A DNA stretch of 64,000 bases from Mobula hypostoma (Eukaryota). How positions within the stretch are numbered: position 1 is the stretch's first letter; each line of letters starts with the position of its first letter. The notes beneath the pieces are model-generated. The model made no database searches. It saw nothing but the letters and a program-made list of their open reading frames with translations, and was not told the DNA's origin. Below are positions 37,001 through 50,924 of this stretch, piece after piece. The position numbers and the translations under genes are program-made. The stretch covers positions 9,486,001-9,550,000 of the forward strand of contig NC_086110.1 of assembly GCF_963921235.1 (NCBI RefSeq). The letters are read 5' to 3'.

Positions 37001-39400
37001 ATACTCTACGTAAATCTTGTCTCCGTGTAAAGACGCTCCTGGATACCGGTTCCCCAGTCACGGCGGTGCTAACGCCTCACGACTCTGCCTCCGCGCCTCT
37101 GTCCTACATTTGGGTCGTCCTCAGCCTCGTCCTTGCAACACTAACTGCCAAGTTCGAGGTGCGGACGAACAACAGCCCACTAACCTATAGCCTGACCTCG
37201 GCGAAACTGGATGCCACAGGCCATCGATTGTTGGCGGCGTTATCTGGCTATGATTTCAACCCGAAGTGATTACCGGGAAGTCGGAACATTGATGCTGATG
37301 TGTTGTCCGGACGTGCGCATGAAGGGTTGGACGGGGCCGGAGAGTGGGAGAGCGTTCCTGCCCCTGGAGTCAAAGCTCTGTGCCAGTTTTCCATCACGGG
37401 GAAGGCAGAGGAAGTCCAAAGCCAGAATCGAGCGGTAGATAATTTGGGAGCTTCTGATGGTGTCATTCCACAAGCTTACTGCAACCTGAGTGCTCTGATG
37501 ACAAAGCAGTTGGGAAGTGGCTGCCGCCTAACGAAATGACACGTCCGTTGGTACTGTTTAGTCAGCAGTTGCGAAATGGGACATGACCCAAGCTGACACG
37601 ATGAAACTCTCCGCGGTCTATCTACTACTAAGAGAATAGTCCAGACTGGAGTTGAGGAACCAGATTCTATACCGGGTCTCGTCGCCTCCAGACCGGCCTC
37701 TGAGTTACCAGCAGATTCTGCCTGAGAAATATCGGAGGATTGTGTTAAAGTCACATAGTGACTTAATGATGGTTCCGGTCATGTGGGGGCTGACAGACCG
37801 ATGGATTGTTTAGAGATCAGTTCCACTGGCCCCGAATGAAGCCGGGGATCGAAGAATACCGGTAGTCGTGCATTCGATGTATATGGAGAAAGACGTTGCC
37901 TATGAGGGCTGTTCTGTTATCCCACCTGCAGAGTGCAAGGCCACTTGATGTGGTGTGTATGGATTTCGTTTCGAAAGAGCCTGACACCAGCAACATGGCG
38001 AATGTCTTGGCTATTACGGATTACTACACCAGAAGTACACACCGTGGCCAAAGTGTTATGGGGGAAGTATTTCGTTTATTATGGCCTCCTCAGGCGGATA
38101 CTTAGCTATCAGGGAAGGGATTTCGAGAGTAGACTCATACATGAGTTACTGACCATGCTTGGAATCGAGAAGTCCAGGACTGCGCCTTATCACCCACAGA
38201 GTGATCTCCAGCCTGAGAGGTTTAGTCGACTATTGCTAGACATGCTCGGAACCGTGAAGATCAGTAAAAAGAACAAGTGGAGTCAACATGTTGGACATCT
38301 CGTCCACTGCTACCGTTGTACACAGAATGCAGCTACCGGGTACTCGCCGTAGGGCGCGAAGCGAGGTTGACCGTTGACCAATGTTTTGGGGCTGCTCGGG
38401 AAGAACTATAACAGAAAACCTATCTGACGTGTGTGTTTGAAATGAGAAGGGAGCTGAAAAGGGCTTATGAACTCTCTGACGTCTCGGCTACCAAGCTGAA
38501 TTCAGGAAATAAGCAGAAGTACAACCAAAAGGTTAGGTTCTCCCAACTAATGCCTGGAGAACGAGTCCTCATAAAGACTTTGAGGCTACCTGGGAAGCAT
38601 AAGTTGGCTGACCGCTGGGCAGCTATCCCCATGTAGTGGAGAGCCAGATGTCAATCCTACCTTTTTTACGGGTGAACCCAAAGGTTGGGAATGGGCCTGT
38701 CTAGATTCTCCATCAGAACCAACTTCTACCTCTGGGACAAGAGTACATGTTGATCCGAGCCTGACCTGAACCCTACACCTAATAAGAGGACTCTAGGGCG
38801 AAGTGCAGAAACCGAAGGATCAGCAACGCAAAGGATTACACTGGAACAGATCACGGAATATGATACGGACTCGTAGGACGAGGAAATGTGGTGTGGTATA
38901 CGCTGCCCTTCGCAAACTCCCCAATAATTGATGAAGTGATTCACAACCTCACGCTGAGGCGGGTGAAATGGGGGGAACGAGCAGTGGGGAAGCATGTTTG
39001 CGGTTAGAAAATAAAGGGAGGCTGGGCTCTAAAGTAACTGGACATGAGGGTGAGCTCAGCCAAGTCACAAAAGGCCCTAAGTTGTCGGGAGGCACAAGTA
39101 ATGGACAGGCAGGAGCCTCCCCAGGTAGATAGGAAAGAGCCCATGGAGCGTCTGAAACTGAAAAATTAGATGGAGTACGGAGGTCCCAAAGACTCAGGAG
39201 ACCCCCGGACAGACTGGGCTATGTCGCACCCGAGGAGAAGAGTATGGCACTATCCCCTTCGTGAACCATGTCACTGCCATTTACACCTGGGTTGGACTTC
39301 CTTCTTTGTATGAAGGAGTGACAAATTATCTCAACGTCATGAAAACATGACTAATTTTGGTGTGGGGGGTGGGCAGCGTAGTATTCCTTTCAGGAAATCA
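31006..39400 (+). mobile_element. Gypsy LTR retrotransposon (degraded gag-pol); 3' LTR largely missing
   Basis: Putative 5' LTR 31006-31409 followed by a tRNA-Pro-like PBS; RT (LDLRSGYYQI, YQDD), RNase H (HTDASREGLG), integrase (PYHPQ); purine-rich tract near 39360. Confidence 0.85.
34490..37140 (+). mobile_element. Nested non-autonomous chromodomain Gypsy (LTR-gag-partial IN-CHD-LTR)
   Basis: LTRs 34490-34843 and 36770-37140; gag (YSIEFRTLAA..WNDEVL), integrase ([15 protein letters not shown]), chromodomain ([12 protein letters not shown]), PPT 36751-36767. Confidence 0.9.
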
Positions 39401-39429
39401 TGCTGGCTTTGGCCTATCTAGTCACGTGG

Positions 39430-40150
39430 CTGCAGGTACTCCTCAATCTTATCCCTAACAATCGATGCCAACAACTTCCCAAACACTGATGTCAGACTAA
39501 AAGGTCTATAGTTTCCTTTCTGTTGCCTCCCACCCTTCTTAAATAGCGGAGTAACATTTGCAATTTTCCAGTCATCGCGTACAATGTCAAAATCTATCGA
39601 TTATTGAAAGATCATTGTTAATGTCTCTGCAATATCTACAGCTACTTCCTCCAGAACCCGAAGGTGCATTCCGCCAGGTACAGGAGATTTATCCACCCTC
39701 AGACCATTAAGCTTCTTGAGCACCTTCTCAGTCGTAATTTTCACTGCACATACTTCACACCCCTGACACTCTTGAATGTCCGATAACCTACAGATGTCTT
39801 ACACTGTGAAGACTAATGCAAAATACGCATTCAGTTCATCTGCCACCTCTGCGTCTCTCATTACAATATATCCAGCGTCATCTTCTATTTGTCCTATATC
39901 TACCCTCGACTCTCTTTTACGTTTTATATACTTCAAAAGCTTTCAATATCTTTGATATTAGTCACCAGCTTCCTTTCATGAGTCATCTTTACCTTCTTAA
40001 TGACCTTCTTGGTTTCCTTCTGCACGTTTTAAAAGCTTCCCAATCCTCTATCTTCCCAAGCATTTGCTTGGTATGCCTTCTCTTTTGCTTTTACTTTGGC
40101 TCTAGTCCGGGTGACTTTTGTACTTTCAGGTCTTTGAGCTTTTTGAGCAC
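39430..40150 (-). mobile_element. Degraded CR1 fragment
   Basis: Reverse complement of CR1 ORF2 internal sequence. Confidence 0.6.
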
Positions 40151-41572
40151 ATTCTCCCTTTGACACCCCTTCTATAATTTCCCCCCCATCACCTTACAAT
40201 TATGGTATACTTACCCTGTAAAAAAAGTCTCTGGTCTTCCATTCTATCTATGCTTCTTATCTTTTCTACATCTGTTTCAGGTCACGTCTCATCCTCCTAC
40301 CCTCCAGTACTCTGTTTGTATTTATTTATCATCTCCTAGCATCTGTTATTATTTCACTCTAGTTATACCAACCCTGGTTCAACCTAACCATCCTATCACC
40401 TGCTGGCTCCTGCCTCACCCCTCCTCCTCACTCCTATAGCAGCCATCACCCCTCTGAATTCTCAGTCCTGATGCAGATCTTCACATGAAGCGTTATTTAT
40501 TCCTTCCCTCCTACAGGTGCTGCATGATCTGTTGAGTTTTTTTCGTCTGCTTATGTGGTTTTGCTCCGAATTCCAATGCCTACACTATCTTGCAACTCCA
40601 ACACTCTAAAATATAATTGTCTCTGTAATTCCGTTTACGAGGATAATCGGTTTGACCTAGTGTTGCATATATGTGACTCCATTCCTTCCACCAATTTAAG
40701 ATTGACATTGCCTAGCCTCTGAAATAGATTACTGGTGCACTCAGACAGGACACGTGAAAAGGTCAAAAAGAGCCCTTTGTAAAAATACTCAAAGAAATCG
40801 AATTCACTGTAAACACTGTGGCCTATGAAGGGACAACCGTCCTCTGTGCCACTTGAAGTACATTGTAAATGATACTTTAGAAACAAATCTGTATTAATTA
40901 CTGAAACAGAATCATAGAGTCGTAGAAACAGGGCCTTCAACCCAACTGGTCGATGCCAACCGAGTATCCGACTTTCCCCACTTTTGTTTGTTTGGCCCAT
41001 ATTTCCCTGAACGTCTCCAAAATTACCTTCCTCAGCTACTTTCTCTGGCAGCTCATTCTATGTAATGATCACTCCCTGATTATCCTTCAGGTCCCTGTGA
41101 AATATTTCCCCTTTCACCTTAATTCCCAATTCTCCATTACCCGTAATAAAAAACTAAACAACTATGCGCACTGACCTTGATTTTTGTCCCTCCTGGTTTT
41201 ATACACATTTATAAGATCACCCCTCATTCTCACATGCTTCAAATGAAACAAGCCAGAGACACCTCAACTTTCTCCACAACTCAGGCCCTCGAATCCCTTT
41301 AAGTCTACTCCGGACTCTTTCCAAATTTATGAAACCTTTTCTATAGTAGGATGACTAAATTGGAACACAATACTCTGTATGCATCCTCAAGAACATCTCC
41401 AGCACTAAACCCATATCCCATAATTACCTTCACATCCAAAATTCTGACTGTAGATCTATCAATGTTTCTTCATAGCATTGCCCATTCTACCAAGTACAAT
41501 GATATAGAATGCAATTCAGAATGTAGCATTTAACAATAATAAACCAATTACCAGTTTTACAACTAACAGTAA

Positions 41573-42680
41573 TGTGACGGGGTCCTGAATTACCCCTATT
41601 AACTGTGCTTTTGAAAAGAGAGAGAGAGAGTTATTTACCACCGACATTTTATTTTGAAAGAGAGAGAGAGGGACGAAGGCTAACTGTTGGACTCACTTTA
41701 AGGAACGATTACTAGTGCACTCAGACAGGACACGTGAAGAGGTCAAAAAGAGCCCTTTGTAAAAATACTCAAAGAAACCGAATTGACTATAAACACTGTG
41801 GCCTATGAAGGGACAACCGTCCTCTGTGCCACTTGAAGTACATTGTAAATGATACTTTAGAACGAGAAAGAACTTTTAACTGTTGGATTTCTGCTGCAGT
41901 GGAGATAGCACCGAGCAGCCCGTAAGTTGCTATGGTGACCGAGGGCGTTAGTAAATGGACAATTGATGTCATGATTTTCAGCAGGTTGTTGATACTTCTT
42001 CAAGGACTTTTGCCTGCTTGTGCATTTTTTCACAGAGAGAGGAAGGAGGGATTATTTGAATGACAGTTGATGCTCAGCACCAGAAGATAAAATAGGAGGT
42101 CAGATGATAGACCTCAGACACATGTTCTGGACACTGAATGAGCATTGTTGCGCCCTCAGGAAAAGTGGGTTTTGGAGGATCGATCAGGCAGATCGATCCG
42201 TCGCTCTTGCAGTGGAAAGGAGGAAAAGGGTTGACTGGTGGGGAGTTGTCCATGTGTCCACCCTCGCCTGAGGGATAGCTCCACTACAGAAAACCGGTGC
42301 CCTTTGTTGAAGTCACAGTCGGTGACTTTTAAAGGATTCCGAAGGACAACGAGCAGATCGACGGCGTCAGTTCACCTGAAGACTCAAATCTCTCCTTCTC
42401 TCTCCATCACTACTCAACTCAATACCACGAACTGAACTGAACTTTGCTCATCATCGTAAGACGGTATCTTTTTACCCCTAGACTTAAAGAAGCTTGGTTT
42501 TTCATACATATATGTTCTACACTTACTTTATGTAATCATTGCAAACCTGTTTGATTTATCTACATTTATATTACTGTATTGCGTAGTTACTAATAAATGT
42601 TATTAGTTTATAGCAGTACTGGACTCAAAAGTGTTTTCCATCTCTGCTAGTCCTTTATTCCCGTCACCGGTTTCGTGACA
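41573..42680 (+). mobile_element. Solo LTR, 1108 bp
   Basis: TGTGAC...GTGACA termini; 4-bp TSD GTAA at 41569-41572 and 42681-42684; AATAAA near the right end. Confidence 0.82.
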
Positions 42681-42699
42681 GTAAAAAATGGACAGACAT

Positions 42700-45600
42700 A
42701 GTACATCGAGGTAGTATAAAGGAAAAGCATGGTATGGTCGGATGGTAATTTGCCTCCCAGGTGCCAGCGTCTGGGATGTTTCAGATCGCGTCCAAGATAT
42801 CCTGCAGTGGGAGGGAGAACAGCCAGAGGTCGTGGTACATATTAGTACCAAAGACATAGGTAGGAAAAGGGAAGAGGTCCTGCAAACACAGACTGCAGGG
42901 AGTTTGGAAGGAAGTTGAGAAGCAGGACCGCAAAGGTAGAAATCTCGGGATTACTGCCTGTGCCACGCGACTGTGAGAATAGGAATAAAATAAGATGGAG
43001 GATAAATGCGTGGCTGAGGGATTGGAGCAGGGGGCAGAGATTCAGATTTCTAGATCATTGGCACCTCTTTTGTGGCAGTTGTGACCTGTACAAAAAGGAC
43101 GGGTTGCACTTGAATCCCAGGGGAACCAATATCCTGGCGGGGAGATTTGCTAAAGTTATCGGGGAGAGTTTAAACTCGAATTGTTGGCGGGTGGGAACAG
43201 AACTGTAGAGACTGGGTAAGAGGCCCACAAATGCAGAAAGCTTGCGGACAGTGCGATAGGCAGCTGATAGAGAAGGGACGCGCTCAGACAGAAGGCATGA
43301 GATGCATCTATTTTAACGCAAGGAGTATTGTGAACAAAACGGATGACCCTGGATCAGTACTTGGAGATGTGATGCGATGGCCATAACAGAGACTTGTATG
43401 GTTCAGGGACAGGAATGGTTGCTTCAAGGGCCGGGTTTTAGATGTATCAGAAAGGACAGGGCGGGAGGCTAAAGAAGTTGGGGCATGACATTGTTGATTA
43501 GAGATAGCGTCACAGTTGCAGAAAAGGTAGATGCCATGGAGGGTTTGTCTACGGAGTCTCTGTGTGTGGACGTTAAGAACAAGAAGGGGTCATAACTTTA
43601 TTGGTTGTTTTTATAGGCCGCCCAGTAGTAAGAGGGATATCAAGGAGCAGATAGGGAAATATATCCTGGAAAGCTGTAATAATAACAGAGTTGTCGTGAT
43701 GGGAGATTTTAATTTCCCAAATATCGATTGGCATCTCCCTAAGAGCAAGGAGTTTAGATGCGGAGGAGTTTATTAGGTGTGTTCAGCAAGGATTCTTGAC
43801 ACAATATGCAGATAAGCCTTCAAGAGGAGAGGCTGTACTTGATTTGGTATTGGGAAATGAACCTGGTCAGGTTTTGAAGATAGTGATCATAATTCTATCC
43901 CCTTAACAATAGCATTGGAAAGATATAGGAACAGATAAGTTCGAAAAGCGTTTACACTGGAGTAAGGGGAATTATGAGGATATCAGGCACAACATTGGAA
44001 GCTTAAATTGGAAACAGGTGTTCTCGGGGAAAAGTACGGAAGAAATGTGGCAAGTGTTCAGGGGATATTTGTGTGGAGTTCTGCATAGGTACGTTCCAAT
44101 GAGACAGGGAAGTTCTAGTAGGGCACAGGAACCGTGGTGTACAAAGGCTGTAATAAATCTAGTCAAGAAGAAAAGAAAAGCTTACACAAGGTTCAGAGAG
44201 CTAGATAATGTTAGATATCTACAAGATTATAAGGATAATAGGAAGGAGCTTAAGAAGAAAATTAGGAGAGCCAGAAGGTGCCATGAGAAGGCCTTGGCGG
44301 GCAGATTAAGAAAAACCCCAAGGCATTCTACAAGTACGTGAAGAGCAAGAGGATAAGGCGTGAAAGAATAGGACCTATCAAGTGTGACAGTGGGAAAGTA
44401 TTATGGAACCGGAGGAAATAACAGAGGAACTTAATGAATACTTTACTTCAGTATTCACTGTGCAAAAGGATCTTGGTAATTGTAGTGATGACTTGTATCA
44501 GACTGAAAAGCTTGAGCATGTAGATATTAAGAAAGAGGATGTGCTGGAGTTTTAGGAAAGCATCAAGTTAGATAGGTCGCCGGGACCGTATGGGATAGAC
44601 CCCGGCATACTGTGGGAGGCGAGGGAGGAGATTGCTGAGTCTCTGGCGATGATCTTTGCATCATCTGTGGGGACAGGAGATGTTCCGGAGGATTGGAGGG
44701 TTGCGGATGTTGTTCCTTTATTCAAGAAAGAAAGTAGAGATAGCCCAGGAAATTATAGACCAGTGAGTCATACCTCAGTCGTTGGTAATTTGATAGAGAA
44801 GATCCTGAGAGGCAGGATTTATGAACATTTGGAGAGGAATAGTATGATTAGAAATAGTCAGCATGGCTTTGTCAAGGGCAGCTTGAGCCTTACGAGACTG
44901 ATTGAATTTTTTGAGGATGTGACTAAACACATTGATGAAGGAAGAGCAGAAGATGTAGTGTATATGGAGAAAGTAAGGAGGCATGGGATCCAAGGGGACA
45001 TTGCTTTGTGGATCTAGAACTGGCTTGCCCACAGAAAGCAAAGAGTGGTTGTAGATCGATCATATTCGGCATTTAGTGCCTCAGCGATCTGTTCTGGGAC
45101 CCTTACTCTTCGTGATTTTTATAAATGACCTGGATGAGGAAAGGGAGGGATGGGTTCGGAAGTTTACTGATGACACAAAGGTTGGAGATGTTGTTGATAA
45201 TGTGGAGGGCTGTCAGAGGTTACAGCGGAACATTGATAGAATAGAAAACTTGGCCACGAAGTGGCAGATGGAGTTCAATCCTGATGAGTGTGAAGTGGTT
45301 CACTTTTGTAGGTCAAATATCATGGCAGAATATAGTATTAATGGTAAGACTCTTGGCAGTATTGAGGATCGGAGGGATCTTGGGGTCCGAGTCCATAGGA
45401 CGTTCAAAGCTGCTGCGTAGGTTGACCCTGTGGTTAAGAAGGCGTACGGTGTAATTGCCTTCATCAATCGTGGAATTGAATTTAGAAGCCGAGAGGTAAT
45501 GTTGCAGCTCTCTAGAAACCTGGTCAGACCCCACTTGGAGTAAAGTGTTCAGTTCTGGTCGCCTCCCTACAGGAAGGATGTGGAAGCCATAGAAAGGGTG

Positions 45601-46060
45601 CAGAGGAAATGTGCAAGTATGTTGCCTGGATTGGGGAGCATGCCTTATGAGACCAAGTTGAGTGAAGTCGGCCTTTTCTTCTTGTAGCGACGGAGGACGC
45701 GAGGTGACCTGATAGAGGTGTATAAGGTGATGGGAGGCATTGAGCGTGTGGATAGTCAGAGGCTTTTTTCCCAGGGCTGAAATGGTTGCCACAAGAGGAC
45801 ACAGGTTTAAGGTGCTGGAGAGTAGGTACAGCGGAGATTTCAGGGGTAAGTTTTTTACTCGGAGAATGGTGAGTGCGTGGAATGGGCTGCCAGCAACTTT
45901 GGTGGAGGAGGATGCGATTGAATGTTGTAAGAGACTTCTGAATTGGTACATGGAGCTTAGAAAAATAGAGGGCCATAGGTAAGCTTTGTAATTTCTAAGA
46001 TAGGGACATGTTCGGCACAACTTTGTGGGCCGAAGAGCCTGAATTGTGCTGTAGGTGTTC
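42700..46060 (+). mobile_element. Near full-length degraded CR1 (ORF1 esterase part, EN, RT, tail)
   Basis: ISGLLPVPR..DGLHLN (ORF1), FYRPP and GDFNFP (EN), QHGF, FTDD, 3' tail. Confidence 0.9.
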
Positions 46061-46749
46061 TATGTTTCTGTTAAGGGAATGCAAAAGATAATGATACAGT
46101 TGAATGGAAGTGAGTGCAGTGCAGGTAGACAAAATTATGTGCTTGGGCCATGAAGAGGGATACTGACAGATGAAGTGTTCATCTTTAACACATAAAAAAG
46201 CAGTTCGTAACTCCTATAGCAGCAGAATTGAAGCTGCCCTTGAGCCTGGTGGTGTTCGTTTTCAAGTGTTTCTATTTTCTGCCCGATGGAAGTGAAGAAA
46301 AAACAGATAATTTCCGGGATGTGTGGGTTAGTCAATTACATTGGCTTCTTTTCTGAGGCGGTGGGAAGTGTCGACATATTCCATAGATGCCGAGGCTGTG
46401 TATTTCTGAGAAAACACAGCCTTCCATAATCCATGAGGTTTTGGGGTATTCGGGGGAACATGGGGTACTTGGAGACTGTCTGCATGGTTTCCTTAAGAAG
46501 AAATCTTTCCTGACAGATTTGCAGGTCTTCTTTGAAGAAATTTTTGTGTATTTAATATCTCAGTATTATTGAAGTCATATTGTAAATATATTCTTTCATT
46601 AAGCATTCTCTGTTGTTCACACAATGCATTGCGGGTTATATGTAAAAACTACGTGAATGGTACGTGAACATGCGCATGTCATCCTGAGGGAATGTTCTTG
46701 TGGAGAGTCAGAGCAGCTGGGAAGGGTCTGAGAGGAAGAGCTGGGAGTA

Positions 46750-48420
46750 GAAATTACGGCTGAAACATGGGAAGCCATCTGTGGTAATGCAAGGAAGATT
46801 TCAGTTTGTACTAGTACGAAAGCATTGCAACTCAAAAATCTGACTCCAGATCGTCTCTCGAAATATAAGACAGGGGTTTCTACAACGTGTTAAAAGCACA
46901 GTAAATACTGGAACTTTCACCCAATGTTTTTGAACTTGTCCCAAACTTCAGGCATACTGGAGTGATATTTTAGGTGAAACGAAAAAGATTCTGAAGATGC
47001 AGCTTGAACTGGATCCAGTGTCTTACCTCTTAGGCTTTACCCAGCAGTCGTATTATTAATGCACATCAGAAAAAAACTTTTTAAGTCCTGATTTTTTGTG
47101 CGAGGAAGAGCATTTTACTTTGTTGGATAACCGCTAAAGCTCCTGGACTTTTTGGTTGGCGTAAATTAATCATGGAATACATTCCTTTGGACTTTTTGAC
47201 ATGTATGGTACATGTCATGGTCCAGTCCATGAAGTCCGCATTCCGGTTCACGGTTCGGTCCATCGATCTGTATTCCATGTTTACCGTTTCTACATTGTCC
47301 TGTTGAGTGCCTTAATTGAGGCACATAATTCTCTTTTTGGGCTGGCTACATAAACGGTTCCTGGGTTCAGCTTCAGTTGCTGGACTGTTCCCTCCCCTTC
47401 CCCTTCCTTCTGAAGCCTTGCCTGCTACCTTCGCCTGTGTCTTTGCCTGTAGCGCCGTCAGGTTTAACCGCCAGGGAAAGATCGGGGCCTTGCTATGTCT
47501 CGATAAGGAACTGTCTTTTGTTGTTTGGAACTATCTCTTTGTGTTCTCACCTTCGCTAGGTAGGTCCGGCCGTTTGCCGCTACCTTGAGTTGAGAACCGT
47601 CTCTGTGTCCACGCCTCCGTTGGGTAGGTCTGGCCGTTTACCGCTACCTTGAGTGGAGATCTGTCTCTCAGTGTTCTGTGTATGAATTCCGGCCTTACGT
47701 CCTGCTCGCTAGGAGGAGACCTGACTCTGTGTAGAGTCCCGGCCCCAAGTCCTGATCCCAAGGAGGGATCCTGGCTCTGTGCTCCATGTTCCTGTTCTCT
47801 CACGACCAAGGCTTTGCGTTTCTGTGTCCCTAGACCAAGGTTCTGCGTTTTGTATTCCTCGACCAAGGCTCTGAAATCGTGTCTCCCTCGACCAAGTCAA
47901 GACTTCGTGTTCTCGTCCTGTCCATCTGCCTCGCCCAGCCCAGGAGTACCTCGCCCAGCCCGGTGTTGGGGTTCCCTCATCCTGTGCTGGGGTTCCCTTG
48001 TCCTGTCCAGGAGTCTCAAGTCCAGTCCCGTTGCCACTCCTCGTCCTGTCTTGCCCTAACCTAGATATGGGGTCCGAGCCCGAGTCAAGAGCCAGCTTCC
48101 GGGTCCCTGTCCAGTCTCTGGCTCGGAGTCCTTGTCCAGGTTCCAATTTCCTAGTTCCTCGTCCACATCCCTTTTTCCTAGTCTAGTCCTAGCCCAGACC
48201 CTGTATCTTAGCCTCGTCCAGGGCCTGTGTCTTGTCCAGCGTTGTTTCTTCCTCACTTCCCTTGCTTGCTTGACACAACTAGTCCTGTTCCCAGTACTTC
48301 AGTGTCTGTGTCTTGCATTTGGGTCTGCCTCCAACGCCCCCCTCACGACAGTACACACAAAAACAAATAGTTTTCATAAAAACATGGCAACCTTCTCTGC
48401 AGTATATAGATGTAAACCTG
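46750..48420 (+). mobile_element. L1/Tx1-like 3' fragment interrupted by a solo LTR
   Basis: Decayed ORF2 C-terminal sequence on both sides of 47213-48350. Confidence 0.55.
47213..48350 (+). mobile_element. Solo LTR (same family as 11786-13035)
   Basis: TGTCAT...ACGACA termini; 5-bp TSD GTACA at 47208-47212 and 48351-48355. Confidence 0.88.
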
Positions 48421-49084
48421 CTTGCTATACTAGTAAGGGTTTTTGCACAGGATTTTGTGGTGATGTCTATATTTTGATGGAAGTGCTCTGAGACCTGATA
48501 TCTGTGAGGGGAAGAAATTGGTCCACAGATTCACTGGGTCAGTACAAACCACTTGTGCAATTTTCTGCCTTGTAGCTGTTTCAGAATCAGGAACAGGGAA
48601 CAAGTGGACAATATTCATTCACAAAGGATCCCAGTATCACACAAATATGTGTCATCTCATACCCCCTCAACAAAATGTCATATTTTGTACATGTTAATAT
48701 TTTAAGCATTCCCTGCTGAAGGGCCTCGGTTCAAAACGTCAGCTCTTTTTTCCCCGTACCTGACATATTGAGTTCCTGCACAATTTGTATGTGTTACTAT
48801 GGATTTTGAACATCTGTCAGATTCTTATGTTACTTATAGTAAATGTTAGTATCTGCACTGTTGACAACAACCTTCACAAAATGCGTCAATGATAATAAAC
48901 TTGATTCTGATTCACGATTCAAATTTATTTATCATTTATATATCGAAGCATGCAGTAAAATGCGTCGTTTGTATTAACATCCTGATACATAGTCAGTCCG
49001 TCACTTTCTCCCTCATAGAACAATCCCATGGCTGGGTTAAATTCGACCTTTAAAAGACCTTTATGTTTTTCTCTGGAAAATGAG

Positions 49085-49505
49085 GCTGAAAGGTAAATTC
49101 AAGCAACACACATCAAAGTTACTGGTGAACGCAGCAGGCCAGGCAGCATCTCTAGGAAGAGGTACAGTCGACGTTTCGGGCCGAGCCCCTTCGTCAGGAC
49201 TAACTGAAGGAAGAGCTAGTAAGAGATTTGAAAGTGGGAGGGGGAAGGGATATCCAAAATGATAGGAGAAGACAGGAGGGGGAAGGATGGAGCCAAGAGC
49301 TGGACAGGAGATTGGCAAAAGGGATATGAAAAGATCATGGGACAGGAGGCCCAGGGAGAAGGAAAAGGGGAGGGGGAACCCAGAGAATGGGCAAGGGGGA
49401 TAGGGGGACAGAGGGAGAAAAAGGAGAGAGAGAGAAAGAATGTGTGCATATAAATAAGTAACAGATGGGGTACGAGGGGTGGTGGGGCATTAGCGGAAGT
49501 TAGAA
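49085..49505 (-). mobile_element. Penelope-like 3' terminal fragment
   Basis: Reverse complement of 10290-10705 and 55510-55930. Confidence 0.8.
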
Positions 49506-50924
49506 GCTTCCTGAAAGGTAAATGCTGAAACGTGGTCACTCCTACTTCACGAAAGCCAAAAGTATTAATCTAGGCGTGACACCAAGCAAGGAGCCTAACA
49601 CGCTTTAGTTCTGGCTAGATTGTCCATTGCAAGGCTCACTGATAGGATTAAACAGTGCTGCTCTGTAGGGGGAGCTACAGGCTAAGTTCTCCTGCACTAC
49701 TGCCAAAGCGCAATGAAAAGGAGATTTGTTTACTGATCCATCTACTGACCACGTTAAGATGTCTATGTGCACAAAAAAATGTTTGGTTCAAAAGCTTGCT
49801 TATAAGTATCCGCTTCTGTCGTGATTAATTCTTTTCTTTCTACTCCAGCGAATTACTCCTGATTGCCACTGGCACGGCAAGAACCGAATGGAACTCCCAG
49901 CCACAGAAAAGCAAAGCTTGCATTCAACGATTATACGAGGAAGGCAATGAAGGGGAGGGCAAGCTGTTGGCAATTAATGTTAGTTGTGTACCTTGGCATT
50001 CTAAGTTCCCTCACCTCCTCTTTCTATCCCACAGTAGCAATACTACTGGCACCAGTCTTTTACAGGTAATCAAGGTAGCAATTGCTGTGTGATGGGAAGT
50101 AGAAAGTCTCCTCCCCAGAGACAAGATACCCCACACTCTCAGGTAGTTTTTTTTTTCTGCCTACTACAGTCACAGGGCCCAGGTTAAATGACATAACCTG
50201 TAGTGGAGATCAACTGCACCAGATTCTTAGTCCGGGCTCTATAATCTATTAATATATATTATTTCTGTCTTTGCCCGATTTTTAATCTATTCGATATACA
50301 TTGCTGCAATCTAATTATCTGTTTGTCTGTTTATTTATTTATTTGTTTATTCATTCATTCTTTCTTTCTTTCTATTTATCAAATATTTCATTGAACTGCT
50401 GCTGCTAAGTTAAGAGATTTCACGACACAGAAATAATAAACCTGATTCTGATCTATTGTTGCCCTCCTGAATAATAATTAATGTTCAGCAATATACAGAA
50501 TGGTAATGAAACTCAGGGTTAGCTAGGTTTCTGTAAGTTAGATTGCAAACTATCTACACCAGTCCCAAAGTCACAATCCAGTCTTCAGATTGTTAATAAG
50601 ATTTGGAATTTTTCTAGAAATTCTTTCACTCTAAGGACGTGTGCAAGGCAGGACTCATAGATTGTCCAATGGTCTTTGAGTCACCTGCCCAAACTGCAAT
50701 AGTCCACCACTGGAGCAGTCTGACATCCTACACTTGAGATGAATCCGTAGTGCATGGCAAGAGTTAAATAGCGCTGAAAACTAGAAACTGCACTAGCATC
50801 TGCGACATCCCGCCCCACCCCCAACCAAACCTGAGCACAAATAGATACATAATTGTAGATTATGGAAAAACTTTGATTTTTGGCCTCCATCTGTGAGTTC
50901 TTTAGATGTTCGATATGATGCCAC

